Shown piece by piece: positions 1 to 10,422 of a stretch of DNA of 64,000 nt. Below the pieces are notes generated by a model. The model saw nothing but the letters and a program-made list of their open reading frames with translations. It did no database searches and was not told where the DNA came from. The position numbers and the translations under genes were made by a program. The stretch lies in NCBI GenBank assembly GCA_963819985.1, contig CAWFYH010000005.1, forward strand, positions 531,710 through 595,709. Reading direction: 5' to 3'. The stretch is from an uncultured Actinomycetota bacterium (lineage in GTDB: Bacteria > Actinomycetota > Actinomycetes > DATJPE01). Each line of letters begins with the position of its first letter. The stretch's first letter is position 1.

Positions 1-33
1 AGCGACCTCCTCGAGCAGATCCTGCAAGCTCAT
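1..33 (-). CDS. 5' end of a gene translationally coupled to the sigma factor (partial, runs off window)
   Basis: ATG at 33-31 overlaps the sigma TGA (ATGA); GGAGG upstream; reads MSLQDLLEEVA. Confidence 0.5.
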   Translation of the reverse strand, partial: MSLQDLLEEVA

Positions 34-596
34 CGCGCCACCTCCTGGGCGTCGCCGGCGGGCGTCTTGTCCAGCCCTGGCAGCAGGTCCTTCAGCTCTG
101 GTGCCATAGCTCGCAGGCGCCGTACGGCGTCATGGGTCTGCGATTTCACGGTGCCGATCGAACAGTCGAGGAGCGCCGCTGTTTCGGCCTCCGAACGATC
201 CTCGTAGTAGCGCAGTACGACGCACGCGCGTTGCCGGGGTGCCAGTGCGGCCAACGCTCGTTGCAGCGCCAGCCTCACGTCCACCGTCTCCGCGAAGTCG
301 CCACCAGATCCGGAGGCGGGCTGAACTTCGGCCATCGACACCTCGCGGATCACCCGGTGACGGCGCCAGCCGGACACGAAGCGGGTGTAGATCACCCGGC
401 GGACGTATGCCTCCGGGTGCCCGTCAGCATCGAGGCGTCGCCATCGCAGAGCCGCCTCGGCCAACGCCGTCTGTACGAGGTCCTCGGCCGCCGGACCGTC
501 ACCGGTGAGCAGGTAGGCGGCGCGCAAAAGAGCGGCCCGTCGCGCGACGACGAATTCCGTGAACGACGCGTCGTCGGCTGCTCGTCGGTCCCCCAC
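30..596 (-). CDS. SigE-family ECF RNA polymerase sigma factor
   Basis: AEDLVQTAL region 2; LAPRQRACVVLRYYEDRSEAETAALLDCSIGTVKSQ region 4. Confidence 0.92.
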   Translation of the reverse strand: MGDRRAADDASFTEFVVARRAALLRAAYLLTGDGPAAEDLVQTALAEAALRWRRLDADGHPEAYVRRVIYTRFVSGWRRHRVIREVSMAEVQPASGSGGDFAETVDVRLALQRALAALAPRQRACVVLRYYEDRSEAETAALLDCSIGTVKSQTHDAVRRLRAMAPELKDLLPGLDKTPAGDAQEVAR

Positions 597-658
597 AGCC
601 TAAGTAAACGCAGACCGACCGCCGAAGGTTGGGTTCATGCGCACATAGGGTCTAGGCC

Positions 659-1912
659 GTGAGCGCGCCGACCAAGAAGAGCCGCACGTTTCTGGATCGC
701 CTTCCCACTCCCGAAGGCACGTTCGTCGCGGATGCGCTGCGTCAGGAGACCACCGGCGGGATCCTGCTGCTGATCGCCGCGGTTATCGGGCTGATCTTCG
801 CCAACACGGGTTTGGCCGACTTCTACGAGTCCCTGAAGGACTTCAAGATCGGTCCGTCGGCGCTCGACCTGCACATCAGCCTGGAGCACTGGGCCTCTGA
901 CGGCCTGCTCGCGATCTTCTTCTTCATCGCCGGGCTCGAGCTCAAGCGCGAACTCGTGGTTGGCACCCTTCGCGACCGGACCCAGGCCGTCCTGCCGATC
1001 GTGGCCGCCGTCGCCGGCATGGCGGTTCCAGCGCTGGTCTATCTAGCAGTCGTTTGGGTCAAGAACGCGTCCGCGTCGGGCTGGGCCATCCCGACAGCCA
1101 CGGACATCGCCTTCGCCCTAGCAGTCCTCGCGGTGGCCGGTCGCTCACTTCCGTCCTCGTTGCGAGCGTTCCTTCTCACCCTCGCCGTCGTCGACGACAT
1201 GGGCGCGATCCTCATCATCGCCCTTGTCTACACCGCGACGATCTCACTGGTCCCGCTGGCGGCAGCGGCTGCTGGTCTGGGGCTCTACGCCTACCTCCAG
1301 CACAGGAGAGTCCACACCTGGCTGGTGTATGTCCCCGTCGCCTTCGCCGTCTGGACCCTGGTCCACGCTTCAGGCGTGCACGCCACGATCGCCGGTGTCG
1401 CCCTCGGCCTGCTCACGCGGGTCCGACCCGATACCGACGAGGAGCACTCTCCAGCCGAACGCCTCGAGCACCGACTTCGCCCCATGTCGGCTGCCGTCGC
1501 CGTCCCGATCTTCGCCTTCTTCAGTGCCGGAGTCGTTCTCTCGGTGAGCGCCCTCGGGGAGTGGGCGGACGACCCGACGGCCTACGCCATCTCGATCGCG
1601 CTCGTGGTGGGCAAGTTCATCGGAGTCTTCGGCGCCACCTGGTTGGTCGCTCGCGTCACGCGTGCGGAGCTGGCTGCCGATCTGGCCTGGCGTGACATCG
1701 CCGCCGTGGGGATGCTCGCCGGGATCGGATTCACCGTGTCGCTGCTCATCAGCGATCTCGCCTACGCGCAGAACCCAGGTGAGCTCGAGCTGGCCAAGAC
1801 CGGAGTTCTCATCGGTTCTGTGGTTGCTGCACTGCTCGCCGCGGTCCTTCTCAGAGGCCGCAACAAGCACTACAGAGCGTTGGAGGAGGCGGGCTCCAGT
1901 CAGGCCGAATGA
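659..1912 (+). CDS. nhaA: Na+/H+ antiporter NhaA
   Basis: DGLLAIFFF..GLELKRE, GWAIPTATDIAFAL, LAVVDD, GIGFTVSL motifs. Confidence 0.95.
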   Translation: MSAPTKKSRTFLDRLPTPEGTFVADALRQETTGGILLLIAAVIGLIFANTGLADFYESLKDFKIGPSALDLHISLEHWASDGLLAIFFFIAGLELKRELVVGTLRDRTQAVLPIVAAVAGMAVPALVYLAVVWVKNASASGWAIPTATDIAFALAVLAVAGRSLPSSLRAFLLTLAVVDDMGAILIIALVYTATISLVPLAAAAAGLGLYAYLQHRRVHTWLVYVPVAFAVWTLVHASGVHATIAGVALGLLTRVRPDTDEEHSPAERLEHRLRPMSAAVAVPIFAFFSAGVVLSVSALGEWADDPTAYAISIALVVGKFIGVFGATWLVARVTRAELAADLAWRDIAAVGMLAGIGFTVSLLISDLAYAQNPGELELAKTGVLIGSVVAALLAAVLLRGRNKHYRALEEAGSSQAE

Positions 1913-2039
1913 ACGGGCTGGCGGGCGGTGGGAGTGCCACCTGCGGCATGATCGACGCGGTGAGGGGCAGAACACCCCTTGATCGCGGTCCGAGGAGCGC
2001 GCTGCACCAAGCGGCCACCGACTTGAACAGGAGTGAGAC

Positions 2040-2558
2040 ATGGCGACCCAGGACGAGCCATCGCTGAGCGAGCTGGTGACTGGCGCCGTTCATGACGTCA
2101 AGACGCTGATCACCGGTCAGGTTGAGCTCGTCAAGGCGGAGGTCAGCGCGTCCGCAAAGCGCGGCGTCACCGGAGCCGTACTCATCGGACTTGCCGTCTT
2201 CCTCGCGCTGTTCGCGTTGCTCATGCTGGCTTTCTCAGCGGCGTACGGCCTCGTGGCGGCCGGGCTCGACCCGTGGGCTGCCTTCCTGATCGTCGGCGGC
2301 GTGATGCTGCTGGTCACCGCGATCGTTGTCTTCTTGGCGATCCGGGAGTTCAAGAAGGTCAGGGGCCCGGTGCTTGCCCAGGAGGAGCTGGCCAAGACCA
2401 AGGCGGCGCTTAGCGGCGTGGCCGCAGACACGGCGACCGAGGTTGCCGACGGCGTCAAGACGACCGCCAAGAGCGCGCGCGACAAGGTGCAGGGCGCCTC
2501 GACCACGGAGTCGACCACGGTGTTCCCCTCCTACGGAGGCACACCGCCATCACCTTGA
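2040..2558 (+). CDS. Actinobacterial holin-X / phage holin family membrane protein
   Basis: SLSELV...GQVELVKAE N-terminus, two TM helices, AGGAG SD; conserved position after nhaA. Confidence 0.8.
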   Translation: MATQDEPSLSELVTGAVHDVKTLITGQVELVKAEVSASAKRGVTGAVLIGLAVFLALFALLMLAFSAAYGLVAAGLDPWAAFLIVGGVMLLVTAIVVFLAIREFKKVRGPVLAQEELAKTKAALSGVAADTATEVADGVKTTAKSARDKVQGASTTESTTVFPSYGGTPPSP

Positions 2559-2621
2559 TCCATCCGGTTCGGCTGAGGCAGCGCTCTGACTCGGGAGCCG
2601 CCGACCCCATCGGACTCCGCG

Positions 2622-3533
2622 GTGGCTGAGGATCCCGATGTCTACGTGGCCGGTCCCTGGACTCACAGCACACTCACGGCGAATGGCATCCGGTTTCACG
2701 CGGTCTCGGCAGGATCCGAGTCGGGACCACTTGTCCTGCTCCTCCATGGGTTTCCGGAGTTCTGGTGGGCCTGGCGCGCCCAGCTCCCGCCGTTGGCCGA
2801 GGCTGGGTTTCGGGTGGTGGCCATCGACCTCCGTGGATACGGCGCCACGGATCGGCCACCGAAGGGCTACGAGCCCTATACCCTCACCAACGACCTGGCC
2901 GGGGTCATCCGGGCTCTCGGCCGACCCTGCGCGCACGTGGTCGGTCACGGATGGGGCGCCTGGCTGGCCTGGTCGGCCGGGGTGCTGCAGCCAAGCTGCG
3001 TTCGGTCCGTGTCCGTGCTGTCGATGCCGCATCCCCGGCGACTGCGATCCGCTCTCACCCGAAGCGCTCGCCAGATCAAGGTGGCCGGTCCGCTGGTGGG
3101 TCTCGCGATGCCGTACGTCCCCGAGCGCCAGCTCGTGGAGAACGACGCAGCGCTGGTCGGAGACGTCCTACGCCGTTGGGCAGCACCCGGCTGGCCGCCA
3201 GCAGACGTCGAGCACACATACCGGCGGGTCCTCTCCCGCCCGGGCGTTGCCGGCTCAGCGCTCGAGTACCACCGGTGGGTCCTGCGTTCCTTGGTGCGTC
3301 CGGACGGCCTGCGGTATGCCCAGCGCATGGCCGCACCAATCAACGTTCCCGTGCTGCAGATTCACGGCGCACTCGACGGCAGCATGGCGCCTGCGACAGC
3401 CCAAGGTGCCGAGCGATACATCACGGGCTCGCACCGGTGGCGCCTGATCCCCGGGGTCGGCCACTTTCCGCACGAAGAAGCCACTGGTCAGGTCACAGCC
3501 GAACTGCTGGACTTTCTCTCAGCGGCCTCCTGA
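2622..3533 (+). CDS. Alpha/beta hydrolase (epoxide hydrolase-like)
   Basis: LLHGFPEFWWAWR, DLRGYG, VGHGWG, GHFPHEE. Confidence 0.9.
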   Translation: MAEDPDVYVAGPWTHSTLTANGIRFHAVSAGSESGPLVLLLHGFPEFWWAWRAQLPPLAEAGFRVVAIDLRGYGATDRPPKGYEPYTLTNDLAGVIRALGRPCAHVVGHGWGAWLAWSAGVLQPSCVRSVSVLSMPHPRRLRSALTRSARQIKVAGPLVGLAMPYVPERQLVENDAALVGDVLRRWAAPGWPPADVEHTYRRVLSRPGVAGSALEYHRWVLRSLVRPDGLRYAQRMAAPINVPVLQIHGALDGSMAPATAQGAERYITGSHRWRLIPGVGHFPHEEATGQVTAELLDFLSAAS

Positions 3534-3536
3534 TCG

Positions 3537-4724
3537 TCACCCGGGCGCGCAGGCGCCCGTGGGCACGGCCAGCGTGGCGGTCCGGCTGGCAGCCAACGCG
3601 GGGCGTACGGCATCCGGGGTCAACGCGTAGCCGGTCGAGGGGTCGTCCACCGAGGCTGCGAAGACCATCCCGACGACATCGCCTGCCGGGTTCAGCATCG
3701 GGCCGCCGGAGTTCCCGGACCGGACCTTCGCCCGCAAGGCGTACACGTCGCGCTCGACAGACCCGGTGCCGTAGACGTCCGCGCCGACCGCCGTGATCCG
3801 CCCCCGAACCCTCGCCGGGGTAGCCCGCAGCGGCCCGTTGCCGGGATAGCCGGCGACGACGGCGTCGTCTCCCCGGCTCAGCTCTGCGCCGAAGTGCAGC
3901 GCTGGGGCTTCAAGCCCGGGCACATCGAGGATTGCCACGTCGGTGTCGGGGTCGAACACCACCACGGTCGCCGGCAAGGCGACGGTGGAGCCCGCCGGGA
4001 GGACGGCGAGGCCGGCGGTGCCGGCGACAACGTGCGCGTTGGTCATGACCCGGTGATCGTCGACAACGAAACCAGAACCCTCCAGGCGGCGACCGCAGGA
4101 CGGAGCGTCTCCGAGCACCTTGACAAGACTGGCTGCCGCGGCACGGACTCCCGGAGCATCGAGGACAGCCGGGTCAGGGGCCGGCACTGGCGAGATCTGC
4201 TCGAGGTCAGCGTCCGAGAAGACGGATGGGAAGCCGGACCGATCCACCATGGTCGCGAACGACGACAGCAGGTCGCTGGACTCGACCGGCGCGTTTGAGT
4301 CGAGAGCGCTGACGATGACCGAGTCACGGGCGGCCTCGGCAAACGGAAGATCGTCGGCGTCGGCAGCGGCCGAACCGACCAGCCATGCCCCGGTGAACAG
4401 CGCCAACAGCGCCGCCACAGCGCCGAGCGCGGCATCGACCCGCAACGTGGCCCGCCCCGACATGGAGTTGCGAGCCGTTGCGCCGATGAAAGAACCAGCC
4501 GACTGGGCCAACACACCGAAGAGCAAGACCACAGCGAGGGCCAACAGCGCTCGCGCCGGTCCGGGATCAAGGCCACCGACGACGTGGGGCGCTGCCGCAA
4601 GGCCCACCAAGATGCCCACCAAGAAGCCACCGAAGGACAGCACTGACACGAGAAGCCCGAGGCGATAACCGGCGTAGGCCAACAGCGGCATCAAGACGAC
4701 GATGGTGAGGTCGAAGCCGGTCAT
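3537..4724 (-). CDS. marP: MarP-family membrane serine protease (CvpA-like TM + trypsin domain)
   Basis: TNAHVV, GNSGGP; N-terminal TM helices; start moved to ATG 4724 (MTGFDL). Confidence 0.88.
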   Translation of the reverse strand: MTGFDLTIVVLMPLLAYAGYRLGLLVSVLSFGGFLVGILVGLAAAPHVVGGLDPGPARALLALAVVLLFGVLAQSAGSFIGATARNSMSGRATLRVDAALGAVAALLALFTGAWLVGSAAADADDLPFAEAARDSVIVSALDSNAPVESSDLLSSFATMVDRSGFPSVFSDADLEQISPVPAPDPAVLDAPGVRAAAASLVKVLGDAPSCGRRLEGSGFVVDDHRVMTNAHVVAGTAGLAVLPAGSTVALPATVVVFDPDTDVAILDVPGLEAPALHFGAELSRGDDAVVAGYPGNGPLRATPARVRGRITAVGADVYGTGSVERDVYALRAKVRSGNSGGPMLNPAGDVVGMVFAASVDDPSTGYALTPDAVRPALAASRTATLAVPTGACAPG

Positions 4725-4740
4725 CGAGTGCTCTCGGGCG

Positions 4741-5427
4741 TCATTCGAGACCCGGTGGGCGAGTGAGATCGGGCAGGTCCGACAAGCTCTGTAGGGCGGC
4801 GGCCGGCAGATCCCGAACACGACTCGCATCCCACGGTTGTTCCCAGCCAGCCAGGGACATCAGTCGGTCGAGAAGGCCGGCCGTGAAACCCCAGACCACG
4901 AGGTCGCGCACGCCGAACGCGGGCCCGATCCATCCGCTGGGGTGGCGGACCTGCCATCGGTTCTGCGGATCGGCAAGTTCCTGGATCGGCACTCGATGGA
5001 CGGCGGCTACCTCGGCCGGGTCCACCACCGAGACGGGGGAGGGCGTTCGCCACCAGCCCAGCACAGGGGTGACGACAAACCCGGAGGGCGGCAGCCACAG
5101 CGGGGGAAGCTCGGCGACCACGTCGACTCCAACCGCGTCGAGGCCCGTCTCTTCGGAGGCCTCTCGGAGTGCCGCTGCAACAGCATCCGTGTCGTCAGGA
5201 TCGACCGCACCTCCCGGGAAGGCCGGTTGGCCTGCGTGGGACCGCATGTCGTGGGCACGCTCGATGAGCAGGACATCCGGCCCGGCCGTCGACTCCCCCA
5301 GGAGGACGAGCACCGCGGCATCGCGGCCGCCTTCATCCGGTGGCGGAAATCGGGTGAGATCCTCGCTCGACAGGTCAGTGCAGGCCGCAGCCAACGGCAG
5401 CATCCACTGCGGAAGCTGGACGGTCAT
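4741..5427 (-). CDS. Nudix CoA pyrophosphatase
   Basis: MRSHAGQPAFPGG, ALREASEETG Nudix box, VWGFTAG. Confidence 0.9.
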   Translation of the reverse strand: MTVQLPQWMLPLAAACTDLSSEDLTRFPPPDEGGRDAAVLVLLGESTAGPDVLLIERAHDMRSHAGQPAFPGGAVDPDDTDAVAAALREASEETGLDAVGVDVVAELPPLWLPPSGFVVTPVLGWWRTPSPVSVVDPAEVAAVHRVPIQELADPQNRWQVRHPSGWIGPAFGVRDLVVWGFTAGLLDRLMSLAGWEQPWDASRVRDLPAAALQSLSDLPDLTRPPGLE

Positions 5428-5440
5428 GCCCACAGCCGGC

Positions 5441-6193
5441 TCATTCCTGCGGCTTCTTCACCAGGGCCTGCGCCTTCACCGGATCGGTTTCCCCGACGCC
5501 GAAGGACGGGCACCAGCGAGCCACCGGGCATGCGCCGCAGGCAGGCCGGCGAGAATGGCAGCACCGACGACCGTGAAAGATCAGCCGGTGCGAAAGCATG
5601 GTCCATTCCTTGCGGGGCACCAAGGCGCCGACCTCGTGCTCCACCTTCACGGGGTCGGTCTCGTCGGTCCATCCCAGCCGCCGGGACAATCGACCGAAGT
5701 GGGTGTCGACCGTGATGCCTGGCACACCGAAGGCGTTGCCCAAGACCACGTTGGCTGTCTTGCGTCCCACCCCAGGAAGGGTCACCAGGTCGGCCAGGCG
5801 ATTGGGTACGTCCCCGCCGAAGCGGTCGCACAACGCCTGCCCCAATCCGATCAGCGATGTCGTCTTGTTTCGGAAGAACCCGGTTGAGGCGATCAAAGAC
5901 TCGAGCTCAGCCCGGTCGGCTGCGGCATAGTCGGCAGCGGTGGGGAATCTCGCAAACAGTGTCGGAGTCACGAGGTTGACCCGAGCGTCAGTGCACTGGG
6001 CGGACAGGATCGTGGCTACGACCAGCTGAAGCGGGGTCTCGAAATCGAGCTCACAGTGGGCGTCGGGGTAGGCCACGGCGAGCTCGGTGTTGATCTTGCG
6101 GGCCCGACGCACCAAGGCAAGACGAGACTCCCCCGTCGGCGTCGGCGGGGCAGCGTCGACCCGTTCCACGGCCTGTGCCGTTTTACTGGTCAT
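5441..6193 (-). CDS. nth: Endonuclease III
   Basis: [19 protein letters not shown] HhH, VDTH, C-x6-C-x2-C-x5-C Fe-S motif; TACCCT 6 nt before ATG 6193. Confidence 0.96.
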   Translation of the reverse strand: MTSKTAQAVERVDAAPPTPTGESRLALVRRARKINTELAVAYPDAHCELDFETPLQLVVATILSAQCTDARVNLVTPTLFARFPTAADYAAADRAELESLIASTGFFRNKTTSLIGLGQALCDRFGGDVPNRLADLVTLPGVGRKTANVVLGNAFGVPGITVDTHFGRLSRRLGWTDETDPVKVEHEVGALVPRKEWTMLSHRLIFHGRRCCHSRRPACGACPVARWCPSFGVGETDPVKAQALVKKPQE

Positions 6194-6390
6194 GAGCCCA
6201 GGGTATGGCGCGCCGCCGACGCTCGGGCCCGGAGTTCCCGGCCGACTCCCAGCCCGATCCGGCGCAGTTCTGGGGCCGTACGGGTGACGACCGGACGGGT
6301 GACCTGTCCTCAACCGCAGGCTCAACCGCGCCGAACGCCTCTTCAGACAGCACGACAGTGCCACGGCGGGGTTTGGGGGTGGATGACGCG

Positions 6391-7020
6391 ATGGCTGCAC
6401 GAACCGGATCCCGGGTCGGCACATCGGCTACGACCGCGTCGAGTTCCACCGTAGCGGACGGCGCAACTGCCGCAAGCACGTCGACGGCCAGCACCGAGCC
6501 CCCGCCCAAGGCGACCACCCGGCCGACGCGACCCGTGCCCGTTCGCAGTCACGACTTCGACCACCTGACACTGGCTGCGCTGCGCGCCTACCGCCGTACG
6601 CTCACGCACGAGGAGAGCAGGGTCTCGTACTGGCGTCGGCTGATCCAAGCGCGCTTGGACGTGCTCAGGGACGATGCCGGGCCGGCCGCCCTGGCGATGA
6701 CCGACGTGGACAAGGTCGAACGACTTCGCGGCGTGCTCGCCGAGGCGAGGGTCGGGGAGTCACGACAGGCCCTGGTCTCCGTCGTGCCGATCGACGACAT
6801 CCCCCCGTTGCCCGATCTAGAGGACCTTTGGTCACGCGAGCTGCGCCCCACCGACCCGGCGCACTGCGAGGCGATTCGTCGCGATCTCTCCTTTGCCGAG
6901 CTCCAGCTCTCGGCCTACCGCTCGGCGCTGCACGACCGCCTGGGTGCAGCGACCCAGGAGCTCATCGCGCGCTACCGCGAAGAACCAGCCCTGTGCCTGT
7001 CAGTCCTTCCATCCCGCTGA
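6391..7020 (+). CDS. RsiG/AmfC-like anti-sigma factor (c-di-GMP-binding motif)
   Basis: [16 protein letters not shown] matches E-x3-S-x2-R-x3-Q-x3-D; C-terminal [10 protein letters not shown]; start uncertain. Confidence 0.75.
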   Translation: MAARTGSRVGTSATTASSSTVADGATAASTSTASTEPPPKATTRPTRPVPVRSHDFDHLTLAALRAYRRTLTHEESRVSYWRRLIQARLDVLRDDAGPAALAMTDVDKVERLRGVLAEARVGESRQALVSVVPIDDIPPLPDLEDLWSRELRPTDPAHCEAIRRDLSFAELQLSAYRSALHDRLGAATQELIARYREEPALCLSVLPSR

Positions 7021-7047
7021 GGGCCATCCATTCGGCATGATGGGGGC

Positions 7048-7728
7048 GTGACAGACGATCCGTTGGCCGGGGCGCCGCTGTTTGCTGCCCTCGAGGACGA
7101 AGCCGCTGCTGCGCTGCGTGCGTCCATGACCAGAGTCCTCCTCGAGCGCGGCCGCGTCCTGTTTTCCGAGGGTGAGCCCGGAGACCGGCTCTACGTCGTC
7201 GTCGACGGCAAGATCAAGCTCGGGGCCAGCTCGAATGACGGCCGTGAGACGTTGCTTGCGGTTCTCGGTCCCGGTGAGATGTTTGGCGAGCTCTCGTTGT
7301 TCGACCCTGGGCCTCGTACGGCTACCGCGTCCGCCCTCACTGACACGGCCCTGCTCGGACTCGGTCACCACGACCTGACGCCATGGCTCACCGGTAGACC
7401 CGAGGTTGCCCTTTCCCTCCTGCGAGCCCTCGCCCAGCGACTCCGACGCACCAACGAGGCCATGGCAGATCTGGTGTTCTCCGACGTCCCCGGGCGGGTG
7501 GCCAAGGCGCTGCTCGATCTGGCGGCCCGCTTCGGCGTCACCCAGCCCGACGGTTCGGTGATGGTCACGCACGACCTGACTCAGGAGGAGCTTGCCCAGC
7601 TGGTCGGCGCCTCCAGGGAGACAGTCAACAAGGCCTTGGCCGACTTCCAGAATCGTGGTTGGGTGCGCCTCGAGCAACGCACAGTGACATTGGTGGAGTT
7701 CGACCGACTCAACCGCCGCGCGCACTGA
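7048..7728 (+). CDS. crp: Crp/Fnr family cAMP receptor (GlxR/Crp)
   Basis: FGELSLFDPGPRTATA, LTQEELAQLVGASRETVNKAL HTH. Confidence 0.95.
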   Translation: MTDDPLAGAPLFAALEDEAAAALRASMTRVLLERGRVLFSEGEPGDRLYVVVDGKIKLGASSNDGRETLLAVLGPGEMFGELSLFDPGPRTATASALTDTALLGLGHHDLTPWLTGRPEVALSLLRALAQRLRRTNEAMADLVFSDVPGRVAKALLDLAARFGVTQPDGSVMVTHDLTQEELAQLVGASRETVNKALADFQNRGWVRLEQRTVTLVEFDRLNRRAH

Positions 7729-7751
7729 TCCAGCCGCAGCGATTCACTGGA

Positions 7752-8570
7752 TCAGCTCTCGCTCTTCTCCAGGTAGAGCAACTGGGCTTCTACGCTGAGC
7801 TCGGCGGCCGGCCACAACGAGGTGTCGACGTCGGCGTAGACCCGCTCCACGACCTCACGTGCACCAATGGCGCCATCCAGCACCGCCTGTCTCACCTGCT
7901 CCAGCCGCTCGGCCCGGTGGGCTAGATAGCCCGCAATCACCCCGGCCGGATCCGGCAAGGCTGGGCCGTGCCCGGGCAGGACATAGGCGAGCTCGTAGGT
8001 CTCGGCGAGAACGGCCAACCGCTGCAACGAGTTCAAGTAGTCCGCCAGTCGACCGTCGGGATGCGCGACGAACGAGGTGCCTCGCCCGAGCACGGTGTCG
8101 CCGGTGAGGACAGCAGCGTCGGCCACCAGGTGGAAGGACAACGAGTCAGCCGTATGACCGGGCGTGCCCACCACGCGCACCTCGAGCTCACCGACGTGGA
8201 CTCGGTCACCCTCCGAAAGCCCCTCGGAGCCCAGGCGATGGGCTGGATCCAAGGCTCGGACGGGAATCCGACCAGCCAGCTCAGCCAGCCTCCCGGCCCC
8301 CTCGGCGTGGTCGGCATGGCCATGCGTGAGCAGGATGACCTCGGGTCGAGCCTCGACGCGCTCGAGTGCTGCCAGGACCGCCCGGTGGTGCTCCGGCAGA
8401 TCCGGGCCGGGATCCACCACCACGGCACGAGGCCCGTCGGCCTCGACGAGCAGCCAGGTGTTGGTCCCGTCCAGGGTCATCGGGCCTGGGTTTGGCGCCA
8501 GCACGCAGCACGAGCGGGGTGTGACCTGTCCGCCCGTCCATCCGCTCGGTGCGATCGATGGATCGTTCAC
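7752..8570 (-). CDS. MBL-fold metallo-hydrolase
   Basis: APNPGPMTLDGTNTW, THGHADH, TPGHT; GTG 8570 overlaps the upstream TGA. Confidence 0.9.
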   Translation of the reverse strand: MNDPSIAPSGWTGGQVTPRSCCVLAPNPGPMTLDGTNTWLLVEADGPRAVVVDPGPDLPEHHRAVLAALERVEARPEVILLTHGHADHAEGAGRLAELAGRIPVRALDPAHRLGSEGLSEGDRVHVGELEVRVVGTPGHTADSLSFHLVADAAVLTGDTVLGRGTSFVAHPDGRLADYLNSLQRLAVLAETYELAYVLPGHGPALPDPAGVIAGYLAHRAERLEQVRQAVLDGAIGAREVVERVYADVDTSLWPAAELSVEAQLLYLEKSES

Positions 8571-9145
8571 CGGCGCAGCTCGCGGCCGTCCGGGAGGATC
8601 ACCCGATATCCCTCCGGATCGCGGATGAGCTGTGGCACAACCGGTTCCAGGTCGCGGCCCGTCGCTGCGACGTACACCGCAGCAACATCGGTGCATGCAC
8701 CAATCTCCTGCAGGGTCACCCAGGTGGGCGGCCAAAGGGTGATGTCTCCAGACCGACCGGCCGCCAAGGCGTCAGCTGGGGACCACCAGCCCGACGTGTC
8801 CATCTCGGTGCCGAGACCGACGGGGTCTGCCGCCGCGGGAAGCCCAGCCACGAAGAATCGGGTGTCATAGCGCCGAGGCTCCCCTTCCGGGGTGATCCAG
8901 CGCGCCCAGGGACGCACGGCCGACGGTTCGAGGCCGACGCCGGTCTCCTCGATCACCTCACGGACCGCGGTGGCTACCAAGTCCTCGTCGGCCGGGTCGA
9001 CGGCTCCGCCGGGGAAGACATGCACCCCGGCGGCGAACGCCATGCCCGGAGAACGACGTTGCAGATAGACCTCGAGCCCTTGGGCGGTGTCACGGAGCAG
9101 CACAACGGTTGCTGCATCCCGGACTGGCGCTGCCGGGACAGTCAT
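8567..9145 (-). CDS. Nudix hydrolase
   Basis: FPGGAVD, AVREVIEETG, WITP...RRYDTRFF. Confidence 0.88.
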   Translation of the reverse strand: MTVPAAPVRDAATVVLLRDTAQGLEVYLQRRSPGMAFAAGVHVFPGGAVDPADEDLVATAVREVIEETGVGLEPSAVRPWARWITPEGEPRRYDTRFFVAGLPAAADPVGLGTEMDTSGWWSPADALAAGRSGDITLWPPTWVTLQEIGACTDVAAVYVAATGRDLEPVVPQLIRDPEGYRVILPDGRELRR

Positions 9146-9196
9146 GGGATCGATCGTACGGCTCCGTCTGGACCCGTCAGGGCCCAGCCTTCGGTC

Positions 9197-9933
9197 ATGA
9201 TCACCCGCGCTGCCTCGCCGCAGCGCGGATTGACGATCAGCCAGGTTGCCGAGCAGACCGGCTTGTCAGTGCGCAACATCCGGGCCTACCAAGGCCGGGG
9301 GCTGCTTCAGCGCCCCGAGCTGCGTGGCCGCGTGGGCTACTACGGGGTCGAGCACCTCGAACCGATCGCACTCATCCAGCGCTTTCACGCGCAGGGCTTC
9401 AACTTGCAGTCCATCGTCACCCTGGTGGAAGGGGGAGCCGTTCCTCGCCGAGATCGAGGACCTCCGACGCGACCTGCAGCAAGGCGCCAACGCGGGCTGG
9501 GTGCCGATGTCCGAGGAAGGCATCCAGCTGTTGGAGGAGGGGGCGCCCGGTTGCCTCGCGCAGCTGCAGAAGGTCGGCACGATCCGAGTCGCCGACGACG
9601 GGGCGCTGCTGACGCACCAGACCCTTGTTCGAGGCCGGCTGGGAGCTCAACCGCCTGGGCGTCGACCCGGCGACGATCATCGAGCTGGTGCTGTCGATGC
9701 CCCGCGTCATCGCCAAGGTGGCCGACATCTACGTCACGTTGATTCGTGACAAGACCGAGCAGGCGATGGCGAACCCGAAGAACCCCGCCAACGTCCAAGC
9801 CATGCGAGATTCCTTCGAACAACTGACGCCGCCGGCGGTGGCCATGATGACCAAACTGTTCGAAGTGGTGCTCCGCAAGCAAGCACCGGTCGCGTTCGAG
9901 CAGGCGGTCAGGAGTGCGGCCGCGCCGAGCTGA
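9197..9933 (+). pseudogene. MerR-family regulator split by two frameshifts (pseudogene or sequencing error)
   Basis: LTISQVAEQTGLSVRNIRAYQGRGLL HTH from ATG 9197; continues in other frames after ~9433 (G run) and ~9625. Confidence 0.75.
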
Positions 9934-9943
9934 GAGCGACTCG

Positions 9944-10405
9944 CTAGCTGACCTCGACGACGATCTCGACCTCGACTGGCGCGTCGAGTGGGAGCACGGC
10001 GACCCCGACGGCCGATCGGGCATGGCTCCCGGCATCGCCGAACGCCAGACCAAGCAACTCACTGGCCCCGTTGATGACGCCGGGCTGCCCCGTGAACGAC
10101 GAATCGGAGGCCACGAACCCGACAACCTTGACGACCCGCTTCACCTGGGACAGCTCGCCGACCAGCGAACGTACGGCCGCGATCGCGTTGAGCGCGCAGA
10201 TCTCGGCTAGCTCCTTGGCGCGCTCGGGCGTGATCTCCGAGCCGACCTTGCCGACCTCAGCCAACGATCCCTCGACCATGGGCAGCTGTCCGGAGGTGTA
10301 GACGTAGGACCCGGTGCGGACGGCCGGCACGTAGGCGGCCACGGGCCTCGCCACGTCAGGCAGCGTGTGACCGGCCGCGCTGAGTCGTTCCTCGGGAGTA
10401 GCCAC
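9944..10405 (-). CDS. RidA/YjgF family protein
   Basis: AAYVPAVRTG, SGQLP, HARSAVGVAVLPLDAPVEVE. Confidence 0.92.
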   Translation of the reverse strand: MATPEERLSAAGHTLPDVARPVAAYVPAVRTGSYVYTSGQLPMVEGSLAEVGKVGSEITPERAKELAEICALNAIAAVRSLVGELSQVKRVVKVVGFVASDSSFTGQPGVINGASELLGLAFGDAGSHARSAVGVAVLPLDAPVEVEIVVEVS

Positions 10406-10422
10406 GGTTGTCTCCGCTCAGC

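Noticed and set aside
2040-2558. Prophage lysis gene
   Set aside because: Holin-X family gene in a core locus with no phage genes nearby
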